A stretch of 64,000 nt of DNA, taken from assembly GCA_964524415.1 (NCBI GenBank), contig CAZGDG010000001.1:26032-90031 (forward strand), written 5' to 3'. This DNA is from an uncultured Flavobacteriaceae bacterium (GTDB lineage Bacteria > Bacteroidota > Bacteroidia > Flavobacteriales > Flavobacteriaceae). Position 1 is the stretch's first letter. Each line of letters starts with the position of its first letter. A model generated the notes under the pieces. The model was not told where the DNA came from. It saw nothing but the letters and a program-made list of their open reading frames with translations, and did not search any database. Positions 29,305 to 38,570 of the stretch are shown piece after piece. The translations under genes were made by a program, and so were the position numbers.

Positions 29305-30102
29305 TTATTCCTTGGATATGGCTCTTTTGTCCATCTTGTGGTTTAAAAACTCTACAAATAATGAAAAGGCTATAGCAAAATAAAGATAGCCTTTAGGGAT
29401 GGCACCTACGGTTTGCCCAAAAATTTCGGTATCGGATAGATGTGCAGACTCTGTTATTAGCATAAAACCAATTAAAATGAGAAAGGCCAGCCCAAGGACT
29501 TGCATACTTGGATGTGTATCTATAAACTTACGAATTGGATTAGCGAAACCAATCATTACAATAATTGAAATTACAACCGCAATGACCATAAGAACTAGGG
29601 TGTAATTGGTGTTTGGATGAAGTCCGTTGGTCATCCCAACCGCTGTAAGAATGGAATCTACAGAAAAAATAAAATCGAGAATAAGAATTTGTGTAATAGC
29701 TTGGCCTAAAGATTTAATTACTTTTGATTTAAGGCTTGCCTCGTCGTGTTGTGGTGTTTCAACTTTTTCTCTAATCTCAGAAGTGCTCTTATAGATTAAA
29801 AATAATCCGCCAACAAATAGGATTAAAGCCTGCCAACTTACGGCAACATGTATCCATTCTTTATTTATAATGAAAAAAGGTTGGCTTAAGCTTATCAAAA
29901 ACGACACAAAAAACAATAACAGTATTCGCTGGACCATGGCTAGTAATAGCCCAATATTAGTGGCCTTATTCCTTTGGTGCTCTGGAAGCTTGTTAGCTGC
30001 AATTGAAATAAACACAATATTGTCTATTCCCAGGATAATCTCCAAGAAGGTTAAGGTCAAAAGTGCCATAATAGACTCCGAAGACAGTAAAAACTCTAAC
30101 AT
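29305..30102 (-). CDS. TerC family membrane protein
   Basis: LEIILGIDNIVFI, DFIFSVDSILTAVG, IPKGYLYFAIAFS. Confidence 0.9.
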   Translation of the reverse strand: MLEFLLSSESIMALLTLTFLEIILGIDNIVFISIAANKLPEHQRNKATNIGLLLAMVQRILLLFFVSFLISLSQPFFIINKEWIHVAVSWQALILFVGGLFLIYKSTSEIREKVETPQHDEASLKSKVIKSLGQAITQILILDFIFSVDSILTAVGMTNGLHPNTNYTLVLMVIAVVISIIVMIGFANPIRKFIDTHPSMQVLGLAFLILIGFMLITESAHLSDTEIFGQTVGAIPKGYLYFAIAFSLFVEFLNHKMDKRAISKE

Positions 30103-30107
30103 AAAAC

Positions 30108-30494
30108 TTAATCTATTTTTGTAGCAATACCTTTTTCTACACGCAAGGGCCTGTTGGGTTTTTTAATGGCCAATTTATATTCAAAGGTATAAGAATTGCC
30201 AGATGTAGATAATATCTTCATGTGAATGGCTTCTTTTTCCGAATTGCTTTGAGGATTGAGTTTGGTTAAAATAAACTCGCAATCATTAATCCAACGAACA
30301 GAAGATGTGTCTACCTTGCCCTCATAATAATCGATATTATATGCGTCTGTGCGCTTAAACTCCCCCACTTTTTCTATACCATCAATGGTGTATTTAAACT
30401 CAAACGTACCTGTTTTAAAGTCTGAACAATTACGTTCTACCTCATAGCACCCAAAAGTCACGAAACAGATAAAAAGAATAGCGAAATGACGCAT
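30108..30494 (-). CDS. hypothetical lipoprotein
   Basis: Start MRHFAILF supported by a TACCTTTG box at 30509-30516 (minus); lipobox TFGC; CSDFKTGTF and VRWINDCEFIL. Confidence 0.75.
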   Translation of the reverse strand: MRHFAILFICFVTFGCYEVERNCSDFKTGTFEFKYTIDGIEKVGEFKRTDAYNIDYYEGKVDTSSVRWINDCEFILTKLNPQSNSEKEAIHMKILSTSGNSYTFEYKLAIKKPNRPLRVEKGIATKID

Positions 30495-30532
30495 ACCAAA
30501 TTTTCTTGCAAAGGTAACAAATAGGAGCTTAA

Positions 30533-30904
30533 TCAAGGATCGTAGCTCTTAAAAGTGCCGTCTTTGTAAAATATGACTATCTTCTCAATACTATTATTTT
30601 CTGGCTCAATGGTATCTTGGCCCATATTTAAATCTTCTCCAGAATCGGCAGCACTAGACAGGGTAGAAGAGCTTTGTTTTTTCGGGAATTCGCCCTTACC
30701 GTTTAGCAACCAATACAGTTCAACTTCTGGATAGGCTTGAAGCACCTTCATGACAAAGTCTAAGCTTGGCTTATTTCTCCCAGATAGAACATGAGAGATA
30801 CTAGAACGTTGTACGCCTATTTTCTCGGCAAAACCAGAAGCGGTTTCATCGTAATAATCAATTACATTTTGAAGCCGTTTGGAAAATTCACTGGTGTTTA
30901 TCAT
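30533..30904 (-). CDS. XRE-family helix-turn-helix transcriptional regulator
   Basis: FAEKIGVQRSSISHVLSGRNKPSLD, WLLNGKG, C-terminal IEKIVIFYKDGTF. Confidence 0.9.
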   Translation of the reverse strand: MINTSEFSKRLQNVIDYYDETASGFAEKIGVQRSSISHVLSGRNKPSLDFVMKVLQAYPEVELYWLLNGKGEFPKKQSSSTLSSAADSGEDLNMGQDTIEPENNSIEKIVIFYKDGTFKSYDP

Positions 30905-30933
30905 TGTAAACAGTTAATTCTAGTCCTTATGAG

Positions 30934-30945
30934 TTACAAATGTAA
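30934..30945. promoter_or_regulatory. TTACA-AA-TGTAA palindrome overlapping the -7 box of the XRE gene
   Basis: Perfect inverted repeat containing TACATTTG on the minus strand; related sites at 31156-31167 and 31180-31191. Confidence 0.5.
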
Positions 30946-31208
30946 ACAAATGTGTTTGCCTATCTAAAAAATATTTTAAAAATAACTATTTTACATTAAA
31001 GTAAATTATATATAAATAACTTTAATATACTGATATAAAATACTTTATTTCTATTTTTAATGAGGTATTAAGAATTCTTCAAAGGCTTGAGTGCTGTAAT
31101 TATCAAAATAAATTCAGATGTATACAAAAGTGAAAATTACAATCGAAATTTGTGTTTAAAAATGTAAATTACTTATTGTTTACATTTGTGTTTCATTGAA
31201 TTACTCTC

Positions 31209-32354
31209 ATGGACATTCATCAATTATATGCCTTATTTAATTCGGTAAAATCAAATCAGCTCTTTGGCAGGTATGTAACCAATTTGCATATCGAATCCTG
31301 CTTCTCCTCTTTGCCAGATTCTTGCATTTCGGTGATAGGGCAATCTGTAGAAAAACGTCCAATTTATGGTGTAAGATTAGGTGAAGGTCCAGAACGTATT
31401 TTGATGTGGTCCCAAATGCATGGGAATGAATCTACAACAACTAAGGCTCTTTTTGATTGTTTCAACCTTCTACTAAGAGACGACAACTATTCCAAGACAA
31501 TCTTAAAGCAATGCACTTTGTTTGTTATTCCGATATTAAATCCCGATGGTGCTCATAATTATACACGGTTTAATGCTAATACTATTGACTTGAATAGGGA
31601 CGCTTTAAACTTATCACAACCAGAAAGCAGGCTGCTGCGAGAAGTTTACGAGAATTTCAATCCTGATTATTGTTTCAACCTTCATGGTCAACGAAGCATT
31701 TTTGGTGCTGGTGCAAATGGAAGGGTGGCTACATTATCATTCCTTTCGCCTGCGCAGGACGAAGAACGGAGCCTTACTCCGAATCGTAAAATGGCCATGG
31801 CCTTAATTTCTAGAATTGCATTGGATTTAAGTGAAATCCTACCAGATGGCATTGGCCGGTATGATGATGGATTTAATATTAATTGTGTTGGCGATACGTT
31901 TCAAAGTCTTGGCACACCAACGTTACTTTATGAAGCTGGTCATTTTCCAGAAGACTATGATCGTGAAGAGGTGAGACGTTTTACGTTTTTAGCCATTATT
32001 AAAGGAATAGAAACTATATCTAAGGGCTTTAAAGTTGATATGTATAAATCTTATTATGACATTCCAGACAATGTTAAAAACTACAGGGATATGGCTATAG
32101 TCAATGCTATTACGGTAAAAAATCAAGATGAAACAGTAACAATCGTTTTTCAGTTCAAGGAAATTCTAGAAAAGGGTAAAATTGAATTTAAACCTGTCAT
32201 TGAATCTATATTTGAATCGACCGATTTAAGATTTCATAAGACTATAAATGCAAAAGGGCAACTAGTAAAAACGGTTGACAATAAAGAGATCCATGTGGGC
32301 TACGAAAACGATTTCGTTTTGATAAATAATAAGAAAACTGCATTAAAACCTTAA
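31209..32354 (+). CDS. M14 family zinc carboxypeptidase
   Basis: QMHGNE (HxxE), LNPDG, RFNANTIDLNRD, FNLHGQ, LYEAGH; TACATTTG -7 box at 31181. Confidence 0.88.
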   Translation: MDIHQLYALFNSVKSNQLFGRYVTNLHIESCFSSLPDSCISVIGQSVEKRPIYGVRLGEGPERILMWSQMHGNESTTTKALFDCFNLLLRDDNYSKTILKQCTLFVIPILNPDGAHNYTRFNANTIDLNRDALNLSQPESRLLREVYENFNPDYCFNLHGQRSIFGAGANGRVATLSFLSPAQDEERSLTPNRKMAMALISRIALDLSEILPDGIGRYDDGFNINCVGDTFQSLGTPTLLYEAGHFPEDYDREEVRRFTFLAIIKGIETISKGFKVDMYKSYYDIPDNVKNYRDMAIVNAITVKNQDETVTIVFQFKEILEKGKIEFKPVIESIFESTDLRFHKTINAKGQLVKTVDNKEIHVGYENDFVLINNKKTALKP

Positions 32355-32427
32355 AATAATTCAATTTTAATAAGACATCCTTATTTTTTTTCTTCTATTT
32401 TTGCATATAATTTAATAATTATCAAAA

Positions 32428-32907
32428 ATGGGGAAATTTAAATTAGACGAAATCGACCATCAAATTCTTGATATGTTAATTGACAATACGCGTATTCCGT
32501 TTACGGATATCGCTAAAAAACTTTTGATTTCTGCTGGAACGGTTCATGTAAGGGTGAAAAAAATGGAAGAGGCTGGCATCATCAAGGGTTCGTCATTGAC
32601 GTTAGATTATAAAAAACTTGGATATTCCTTTATTGCTTATGTTGGTGTATTTCTTCAGAACACATCCCAAACAAAATTCGTTCTAGAACGCATTAATAAT
32701 ATTCCTTTTGTAACCGTAGCACACATTACCACTGGAAAATTTAATATATTTTGTAAAATACGAGCTAAAGATACCATGCATGCCAAGGAAATTATCTTTA
32801 AGCTAGACGATATAGATGGCGTATACAGGACAGAAACTATGATATCGTTGGAAGAGAGCATTAACGACAAAAAACGATTAATGCATACCATATTTAATGA
32901 ATTATAA
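32428..32907 (+). CDS. asnC: Lrp/AsnC family transcriptional regulator
   Basis: LDEIDHQILDML...PFTDIAKKL.ISAGTVHVRVKKMEEAGII, TTGKFNIF, RTETMISLE; TATTTTTG box at 32396. Confidence 0.88.
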   Translation: MGKFKLDEIDHQILDMLIDNTRIPFTDIAKKLLISAGTVHVRVKKMEEAGIIKGSSLTLDYKKLGYSFIAYVGVFLQNTSQTKFVLERINNIPFVTVAHITTGKFNIFCKIRAKDTMHAKEIIFKLDDIDGVYRTETMISLEESINDKKRLMHTIFNEL

Positions 32908-32936
32908 ATAAAATAGACTGAGATTTATAATGATAT

Positions 32937-32966
32937 AACCTTAGCAATAATTGCTGAGGTTTTTTT
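32937..32966 (+). terminator. intrinsic terminator
   Basis: AACCTTAGCAA-taa-TTGCTGAGGTT followed by a T tract, between convergent asnC and aroB. Confidence 0.75.
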
Positions 32967-32992
32967 ATTTGATAAATTGGTTAAACTGTTTA

Positions 32993-34066
32993 TTAGACCT
33001 TCTTATAGTACGAAAACGCTTCTATAATGAGATTACTGCTCACTTCGCAATCTAGTATTGGTTTACCGATGTCTTCCAATAGAACAAATTTTATCTTTCC
33101 GTGGCTATTTTTCTTATCGTGTTTGAGTAGGTCCATTATTACATCTATATCTCGCGTATTTATATCTACTTTTTTAAATGATGCTAGTATAACGTTAGTT
33201 ATGTTGGAAAGCTTAGTTAGATTTAGCCCGCAAGTTTTGTGGGAAAGATAAGATTCCAAAATCATACCAATTGCGATAGCCTCACCATGTAGTAAAGGTG
33301 TTTTGTCACCATTATTTAGGAAATAACTTTCAATAGCATGTCCAAGAGTATGCCCATAATTTAGAATTTTTCTAAGGCCTTTTTCAGTTGGATCTTCTGC
33401 AACAATGGTATTTTTAATTTTAATAGACTCATAAATCATACTATCGAGCTCAGAAAAATCCAAATTCCTAAGGTTGCTTAATTTGTTATAGTAAATCTCA
33501 TCAAAAATCAACCCATGCTTAAGCATTTCGGCATAACCGGAAACCATATGATTTTGAGGCAGTGTTTCTAAAAAGGAGGTGTCAACAAGCACCATACTGC
33601 CTTCATTTATAACACCAACCAAATTTTTTAAATGGCCCAAATCAACGCCCGTTTTTCCACCAACAGAAGCGTCTACCATGGCCAACAGGGAAGTAGGAAC
33701 GTTTATATAATCGATTCCTCTCATGTATGTACTAGCCACAAAACCTCCCAAATCAGTAACAACGCCTCCGCCAAGATTTATCAATAAGCTTTTTCTATCT
33801 GCATAGTATTCTGCCAAAGCCTCCCAAACTCCAGTACAGATATCTATAGTCTTATTGTCTTCCCCCTCTGGCATTTCCATAACTTCAACAACGATGTCCC
33901 CAGAATCCATCTGGGACAAAAATTTAGGCAAGCAATAATCATGTGTATTGGTATCTACAAGTATGAATATTTTAGAAGGATTAGTCTGTTTTATATGTAA
34001 ATTCAATTGCTCATAGACTAGAGAATTGAAGTGAACAATGGCTTTGCTGGTTCTTATAGATTCCAT
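32993..34066 (-). CDS. aroB: 3-dehydroquinate synthase
   Basis: GGGVVTDLGGFVAS, PTSLLAMVDASVGGKTG, AEMLKH, LNYGHTLGHAIE, HGEAIAIGM, DKK. Confidence 0.96.
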   Translation of the reverse strand: MESIRTSKAIVHFNSLVYEQLNLHIKQTNPSKIFILVDTNTHDYCLPKFLSQMDSGDIVVEVMEMPEGEDNKTIDICTGVWEALAEYYADRKSLLINLGGGVVTDLGGFVASTYMRGIDYINVPTSLLAMVDASVGGKTGVDLGHLKNLVGVINEGSMVLVDTSFLETLPQNHMVSGYAEMLKHGLIFDEIYYNKLSNLRNLDFSELDSMIYESIKIKNTIVAEDPTEKGLRKILNYGHTLGHAIESYFLNNGDKTPLLHGEAIAIGMILESYLSHKTCGLNLTKLSNITNVILASFKKVDINTRDIDVIMDLLKHDKKNSHGKIKFVLLEDIGKPILDCEVSSNLIIEAFSYYKKV

Positions 34067-34163
34067 GACATAAAATTAGGCGTTGAGGACGTGAAATTAC
34101 TTAGATTTTACGAATTAACTAAACCCAAGAATAAATATATTTGTAGTACTATTTTTAACCTTT

Positions 34164-35336
34164 ATGATAAATCGTTCGTTATTTGAAAATACGGCTACAG
34201 CCTTCTCTTTAAAATCGGATTCGGAATTAGAACGCGCCTATTTTTTGTTTAAAATGATTTCTTCGCAGCCTTTAGTTCGTATAGGTACTGCAGCAACCAA
34301 TTTTGCCCTTAAAGCTAATTTACCTGTTGAAGGTCTTATCCGATCTACAGTATTTGATCATTTTTGTGGTGGTGTTAATGAGGAAGACTGTTTGCCGGTA
34401 ATCGATAAACTCTATACCAAAGGCGTAAGCTCAGTACTTGATTATTCAGTAGAAGGTAAAGAAACAGAAGATCAATTTGACAACGCCGTAGAAAAGATTT
34501 TAAAGATAATTGAATTTTGTGATGAACGGGATGCAATGCCTATCGCCGTTTTTAAACCAACAGGATTTGGAAGATTTCAGTTGTACCAGAAAATTACTGA
34601 AAAGAAATCTTTAACAGCAGAAGAAAAAGAAGAATGGGATAGGGTAGAACAAAGGTTTAACAAAGTATGTAAACTCGCCAAAGAACGCGATGTTGAGGTG
34701 TTGATTGATGCTGAGGAAAGTTGGATGCAAGATGCCGCCGACATGTTGTGCGAAAAAATGATGCGCATTTACAATACCGAAAAACCAATTGTTTACAATA
34801 CCTTACAGTGCTATCGATGGGATCGTTTGGACTATTTAAAATCACTTCATTCAAGAGCTAAGTCAGAAAACTTCAAAATTGGGATGAAAATTGTTCGAGG
34901 AGCCTACATGGAAAAGGAACGGTTGAGAGCAGTAGAGAAGGGGTATCCATCTCCAATTTGCGAAACAAAACAAGCTACCGATGAGATGTTTAATGCCACG
35001 TTAAGATATATCCTTGACCACTTGGAAGATATTGCTGTGTTTATTGGTACGCATAATGAAGAGAGCAGTTATCTTGCCATGGAACTTATGGAACGAAAAG
35101 GCATAGATAAAGCCAATAATAACATTTGGTTTGGCCAACTTTATGGCATGAGCGACCATATTAGTTTTAATCTTGCCAGAGAAGGTTACAACGTTGCAAA
35201 ATACATTCCCTTTGGCCCTGTAAAGGATGTTATGCCTTATCTGATAAGAAGGGCAGAGGAGAACACTTCGGTCGCTGGGCAGACTAGCAGGGAACTCTCG
35301 CTTTTACAAAGGGAAAAGAAGAGACGCAGACTTTAG
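34164..35336 (+). CDS. monofunctional proline dehydrogenase
   Basis: HFCGG, LIDAEES, NTLQCYR, KIVRGAYME, GTHNEES, FGQLYGMSD, KYIPFGPV...YLIRRAEEN; TATATTTG box at 34136. Confidence 0.92.
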   Translation: MINRSLFENTATAFSLKSDSELERAYFLFKMISSQPLVRIGTAATNFALKANLPVEGLIRSTVFDHFCGGVNEEDCLPVIDKLYTKGVSSVLDYSVEGKETEDQFDNAVEKILKIIEFCDERDAMPIAVFKPTGFGRFQLYQKITEKKSLTAEEKEEWDRVEQRFNKVCKLAKERDVEVLIDAEESWMQDAADMLCEKMMRIYNTEKPIVYNTLQCYRWDRLDYLKSLHSRAKSENFKIGMKIVRGAYMEKERLRAVEKGYPSPICETKQATDEMFNATLRYILDHLEDIAVFIGTHNEESSYLAMELMERKGIDKANNNIWFGQLYGMSDHISFNLAREGYNVAKYIPFGPVKDVMPYLIRRAEENTSVAGQTSRELSLLQREKKRRRL

Positions 35337-35356
35337 TTTCTAAGAAAGTTGTTAGT

Positions 35357-37723
35357 TTACCTGATTTGATACCACTTCTTTTTAGACTTAGAAGGGTTGT
35401 TTCCATAGCCATAGCCATAGCCATAGCCCTCTTTTCCAGTTTTGGTTCCGTTGAGTAATAAGGTCATTCTAGGCAATCTATTTTCATCATAGAGAGGCTG
35501 AGCCACATGTTTAAGCAGCCTTTTGTCTATACCGTCTGCACTCACTACGTAAATAAATATGTCAGCAAAATTGGCAATTAAAAGGGTGTCACTTACAATT
35601 CCTACAGCAGAAGTATCTACCACTATATAATCGTATTTACTTTCAAAATGTTTGAACAATTCTGGAATTCTATCGCTCATCAACAGCTCTGAGGGGTTTG
35701 GAGGAATTGTTCCCGATGGAATTATATCTAAATATTTGTTGTCTTTATGCTTGACAATAATAGATTCTGGTTTTATTGATTTATCCGCAATGTAATCTGA
35801 AAGGCCAACTTTTTTAGTAGAATCCACACCTAAATAATCGAGAATTTTTGGAACTCTGATATCCATTTCAATTAAGAGTACTTTTTTTTCAGAAAAAGAA
35901 ATGGAGGAGGCAAGGTTTGTACTTGTATGTGACTTTCCTTCTTGAGCTCTTGTAGAGGTTACAAATAATTTCTTGGCCCTTCCTTCTACATTTGATAGTA
36001 TAAAGTCAACATTAGATCTTATAATTCTGAACGCTTCCGCCTTCGGTGAATAATCAACCTTGTTTATCAGTTTTTCTTTTTTAGAAGTCTGTGGCACATC
36101 CCCCAAATATGGAATATTTAAAATTTCCATAAGATCTTCCTTTCTGTAAATTTTGGTATTAAGTAGATCCGACAGATAAATTATTCCCATAGGCAGCGCC
36201 AAACCAAAAATGACGGCGGCGATATACGTAAATAAAGGATTGGGTTCTACTGGCTTAAAAGTTGAAAAGCCACCATCTACAATCTTTGCAACAGGAGTAT
36301 ACATTCCTAATTTAATTGCAGACTCCTCTCGTCTTTGCAGTAGATATAGATACAATGATTCTTTAATATCTTGTTGTCTTTTAATATCCCTAAATTGCCG
36401 AGCTTTTGTCGGAGCTGCATACAATTGCCCACTAATCCTACTACGTTCACTATTGAGATTATTGAGTGTAAGCATTGAAGATTCCTTCATGTTTTGCAAG
36501 GAACCCATTAAATTGCCCTTTAAGGCCTTAATTTGATCATTAAGATTAACAACTACAGGGTTTCTCTCACTAGAGGTTTTGAGAAGTCGATCGCGTTGTG
36601 CTACCAATTCATTATAGCGCTGGGTTATTTGGGCTGTATTATTATCGCCAATACCAATATCGGCAGGAAGCATATCTGACGCTTTATCATCATCTTTCAT
36701 TTCTTCTTGAAGAAATTCAATGAGTTGTATTCTATTGGTAGTTTGTGCAATTTTTGCCTCTGTTGCTTTTTCTGTTTGCAGATTTATGTCTGCCTGGGAA
36801 TTTAAGGCTGTTAATTTATTTCGCTTTTGAAGCTCTTCTGCCGTGTAATCTACTTCTTCTAGTTCCTCAGACACTTGTTGCAAGCGATTGTCAATAAACT
36901 CTGAGGTGATTCTTACAACTTCTTCCTTATCTCTAAGTACGTCGTTGTTATAAGCCTTAATAACTTCATTTACGATATCTATGGCCTTTTGCGGAATGGC
37001 GTCAATGATTTCAATGTTAACTATATTTGAACCTTCTGACGTCGATAATCCTAAAAGTTGTGTGTATTTACCGGCGACACCGGAAACAGGATTTATCTGT
37101 ATTTTCAAGGTACTTCCCACTTTTGGGGCATATTGGCCGGTATTTGGGGTAATTACAAATCCCCCAAAATTGGTGTCAATTTTATCACCAAAGGCGTAAA
37201 GAACTCCTTTTCCTTCACTTCTATCTATGTTGGATTTTCCACCATTTTCAAATAACAGGAACTCTGTTGGGGACTTCACTGTAATATACATTAGGTACTG
37301 AATGTTATTGACGATGGAGTCGTTGGCAAAAAAGCTCAATTTCACTGGAGGATTGTTATAACGTTCTAATTCTAAAATGTTACCCTCCTCAAATACTCTA
37401 ATATTTAATTTTAACTTTTTTACTACTTTTTCTAAAAGTGACCTCGATCGCATGATAGCCAGTTCATCCTGAATGCCCTCTCCGGCACCAAAAATCATGT
37501 CTCTACCACCTTCTAACATGCTTGTAGGAAGTTTTTTTGCTTTATCCTCTTGTTTAATTTCTATAGTTGCGTAAGCTTTATATTTGTAGGTAGCATAACG
37601 TAAATGCGTATAAGCCAGTACCACGCAAGCAGCAACACACAGAAGAATGATTTTCCATCTAGATGTAAATAGCTCTACCTTTTGTTTTAAACTAGCTGAA
37701 CTCGACTTTGAGGACTTGTCCAT
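35357..37723 (-). CDS. wzc: polysaccharide co-polymerase/tyrosine autokinase (Wzc/GumC)
   Basis: Two TM segments flanking a coiled-coil periplasmic domain, AEAFRIIRSN, Walker A TSTRAQEGKS, PPNPSELL, C-terminal GYGYGYGYG Tyr cluster. Confidence 0.92.
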   Translation of the reverse strand: MDKSSKSSSASLKQKVELFTSRWKIILLCVAACVVLAYTHLRYATYKYKAYATIEIKQEDKAKKLPTSMLEGGRDMIFGAGEGIQDELAIMRSRSLLEKVVKKLKLNIRVFEEGNILELERYNNPPVKLSFFANDSIVNNIQYLMYITVKSPTEFLLFENGGKSNIDRSEGKGVLYAFGDKIDTNFGGFVITPNTGQYAPKVGSTLKIQINPVSGVAGKYTQLLGLSTSEGSNIVNIEIIDAIPQKAIDIVNEVIKAYNNDVLRDKEEVVRITSEFIDNRLQQVSEELEEVDYTAEELQKRNKLTALNSQADINLQTEKATEAKIAQTTNRIQLIEFLQEEMKDDDKASDMLPADIGIGDNNTAQITQRYNELVAQRDRLLKTSSERNPVVVNLNDQIKALKGNLMGSLQNMKESSMLTLNNLNSERSRISGQLYAAPTKARQFRDIKRQQDIKESLYLYLLQRREESAIKLGMYTPVAKIVDGGFSTFKPVEPNPLFTYIAAVIFGLALPMGIIYLSDLLNTKIYRKEDLMEILNIPYLGDVPQTSKKEKLINKVDYSPKAEAFRIIRSNVDFILSNVEGRAKKLFVTSTRAQEGKSHTSTNLASSISFSEKKVLLIEMDIRVPKILDYLGVDSTKKVGLSDYIADKSIKPESIIVKHKDNKYLDIIPSGTIPPNPSELLMSDRIPELFKHFESKYDYIVVDTSAVGIVSDTLLIANFADIFIYVVSADGIDKRLLKHVAQPLYDENRLPRMTLLLNGTKTGKEGYGYGYGYGNNPSKSKKKWYQIR
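35403..35426. repeat. (CCATAG)4 simple repeat encoding the Wzc Gly-Tyr cluster
   Basis: Four perfect hexamer copies read directly. Confidence 0.85.
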
Positions 37724-37758
37724 GAATTTAAATTGATATTTAGTATTAAACTATCGTT

Positions 37759-38544
37759 TTAGTTGTTTGTATTAGATAAAATAACGGCAACAATAGTGGT
37801 AACAGTACCAATAGCACTAAGTAGTACTAAATTGTTTTGGTTAAAAGTGGATGATCGTACACGCGCACCATTCGGAGCTACATAAATAACATCGTTTTGT
37901 TGTAAATAGTATACCGGTGAGTTGATGGTATTTATGGAACGTAAATCTACCTTAGCAAATTTCTTTTGGCCATCTACCTCACGGATGACTAGGACATCCT
38001 TTCTTACACCATATATGGTTAGGTCATTTGCTAAGCCTAGAGCCTCTAATAACGTGATGCGCTCATCTTGAATCGTGAACGTACCTGGACTTGCAACTTC
38101 TCCTATAATGGTAATTGTAAAGTTGGAAAGTCTCACATTTACAATAGGATCCTTTACATAAGCACTAATACGTTCTGTGAGCAAAGCCGTAAGTTGAGGA
38201 CGTGTTAATCCGGCAACTTTTATTTTACCTAAAACAGGAAAATCTATATTGCCGTCGTAATCAACCAAATATGTCTGTAGTTGCTGTTGTCCTTGTATCG
38301 CGGTAAGGTTGTTACCGTTATTTGCTGGTACTGTTAAATTAAATGGTTGAACCGCCTCAGGGTCCAATGCGGCCACATTAATTGCCAGAATATCGTCGGT
38401 TTTGTATATAAGTTCTTTAGGTTGAGAAACATTTAAACCTTCCTGCAAAGGCTCGTCTTGAAAGTAAACTATATCTCTCCTTGAGCCACAGGAAGCCATC
38501 AGAACTATTGCTAAGGCTGGAATTAAAATTTTTCTAAATCTCAT
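37759..38544 (-). CDS. wza: polysaccharide export outer-membrane lipoprotein (Wza/OPX)
   Basis: Lipobox MASC, YLVDYDGNIDFPVLG, DPIVNVR, GEVASPG, LLEALGLANDLT, YYLQQNDVIYV. Confidence 0.92.
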   Translation of the reverse strand: MRFRKILIPALAIVLMASCGSRRDIVYFQDEPLQEGLNVSQPKELIYKTDDILAINVAALDPEAVQPFNLTVPANNGNNLTAIQGQQQLQTYLVDYDGNIDFPVLGKIKVAGLTRPQLTALLTERISAYVKDPIVNVRLSNFTITIIGEVASPGTFTIQDERITLLEALGLANDLTIYGVRKDVLVIREVDGQKKFAKVDLRSINTINSPVYYLQQNDVIYVAPNGARVRSSTFNQNNLVLLSAIGTVTTIVAVILSNTNN

Positions 38545-38570
38545 AAAGTTTGATTTGTTTTGTTTTAAAG

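Noticed and set aside
29305..30102. Tellurite-resistance ter operon
   Set aside because: Lone TerC-family gene with no terZABD neighbours.
30905..31208. Replication origin in the AT-rich intergenic region
   Set aside because: No TTATCCACA-type DnaA boxes were seen; the pattern is better explained by divergent promoters and operators.
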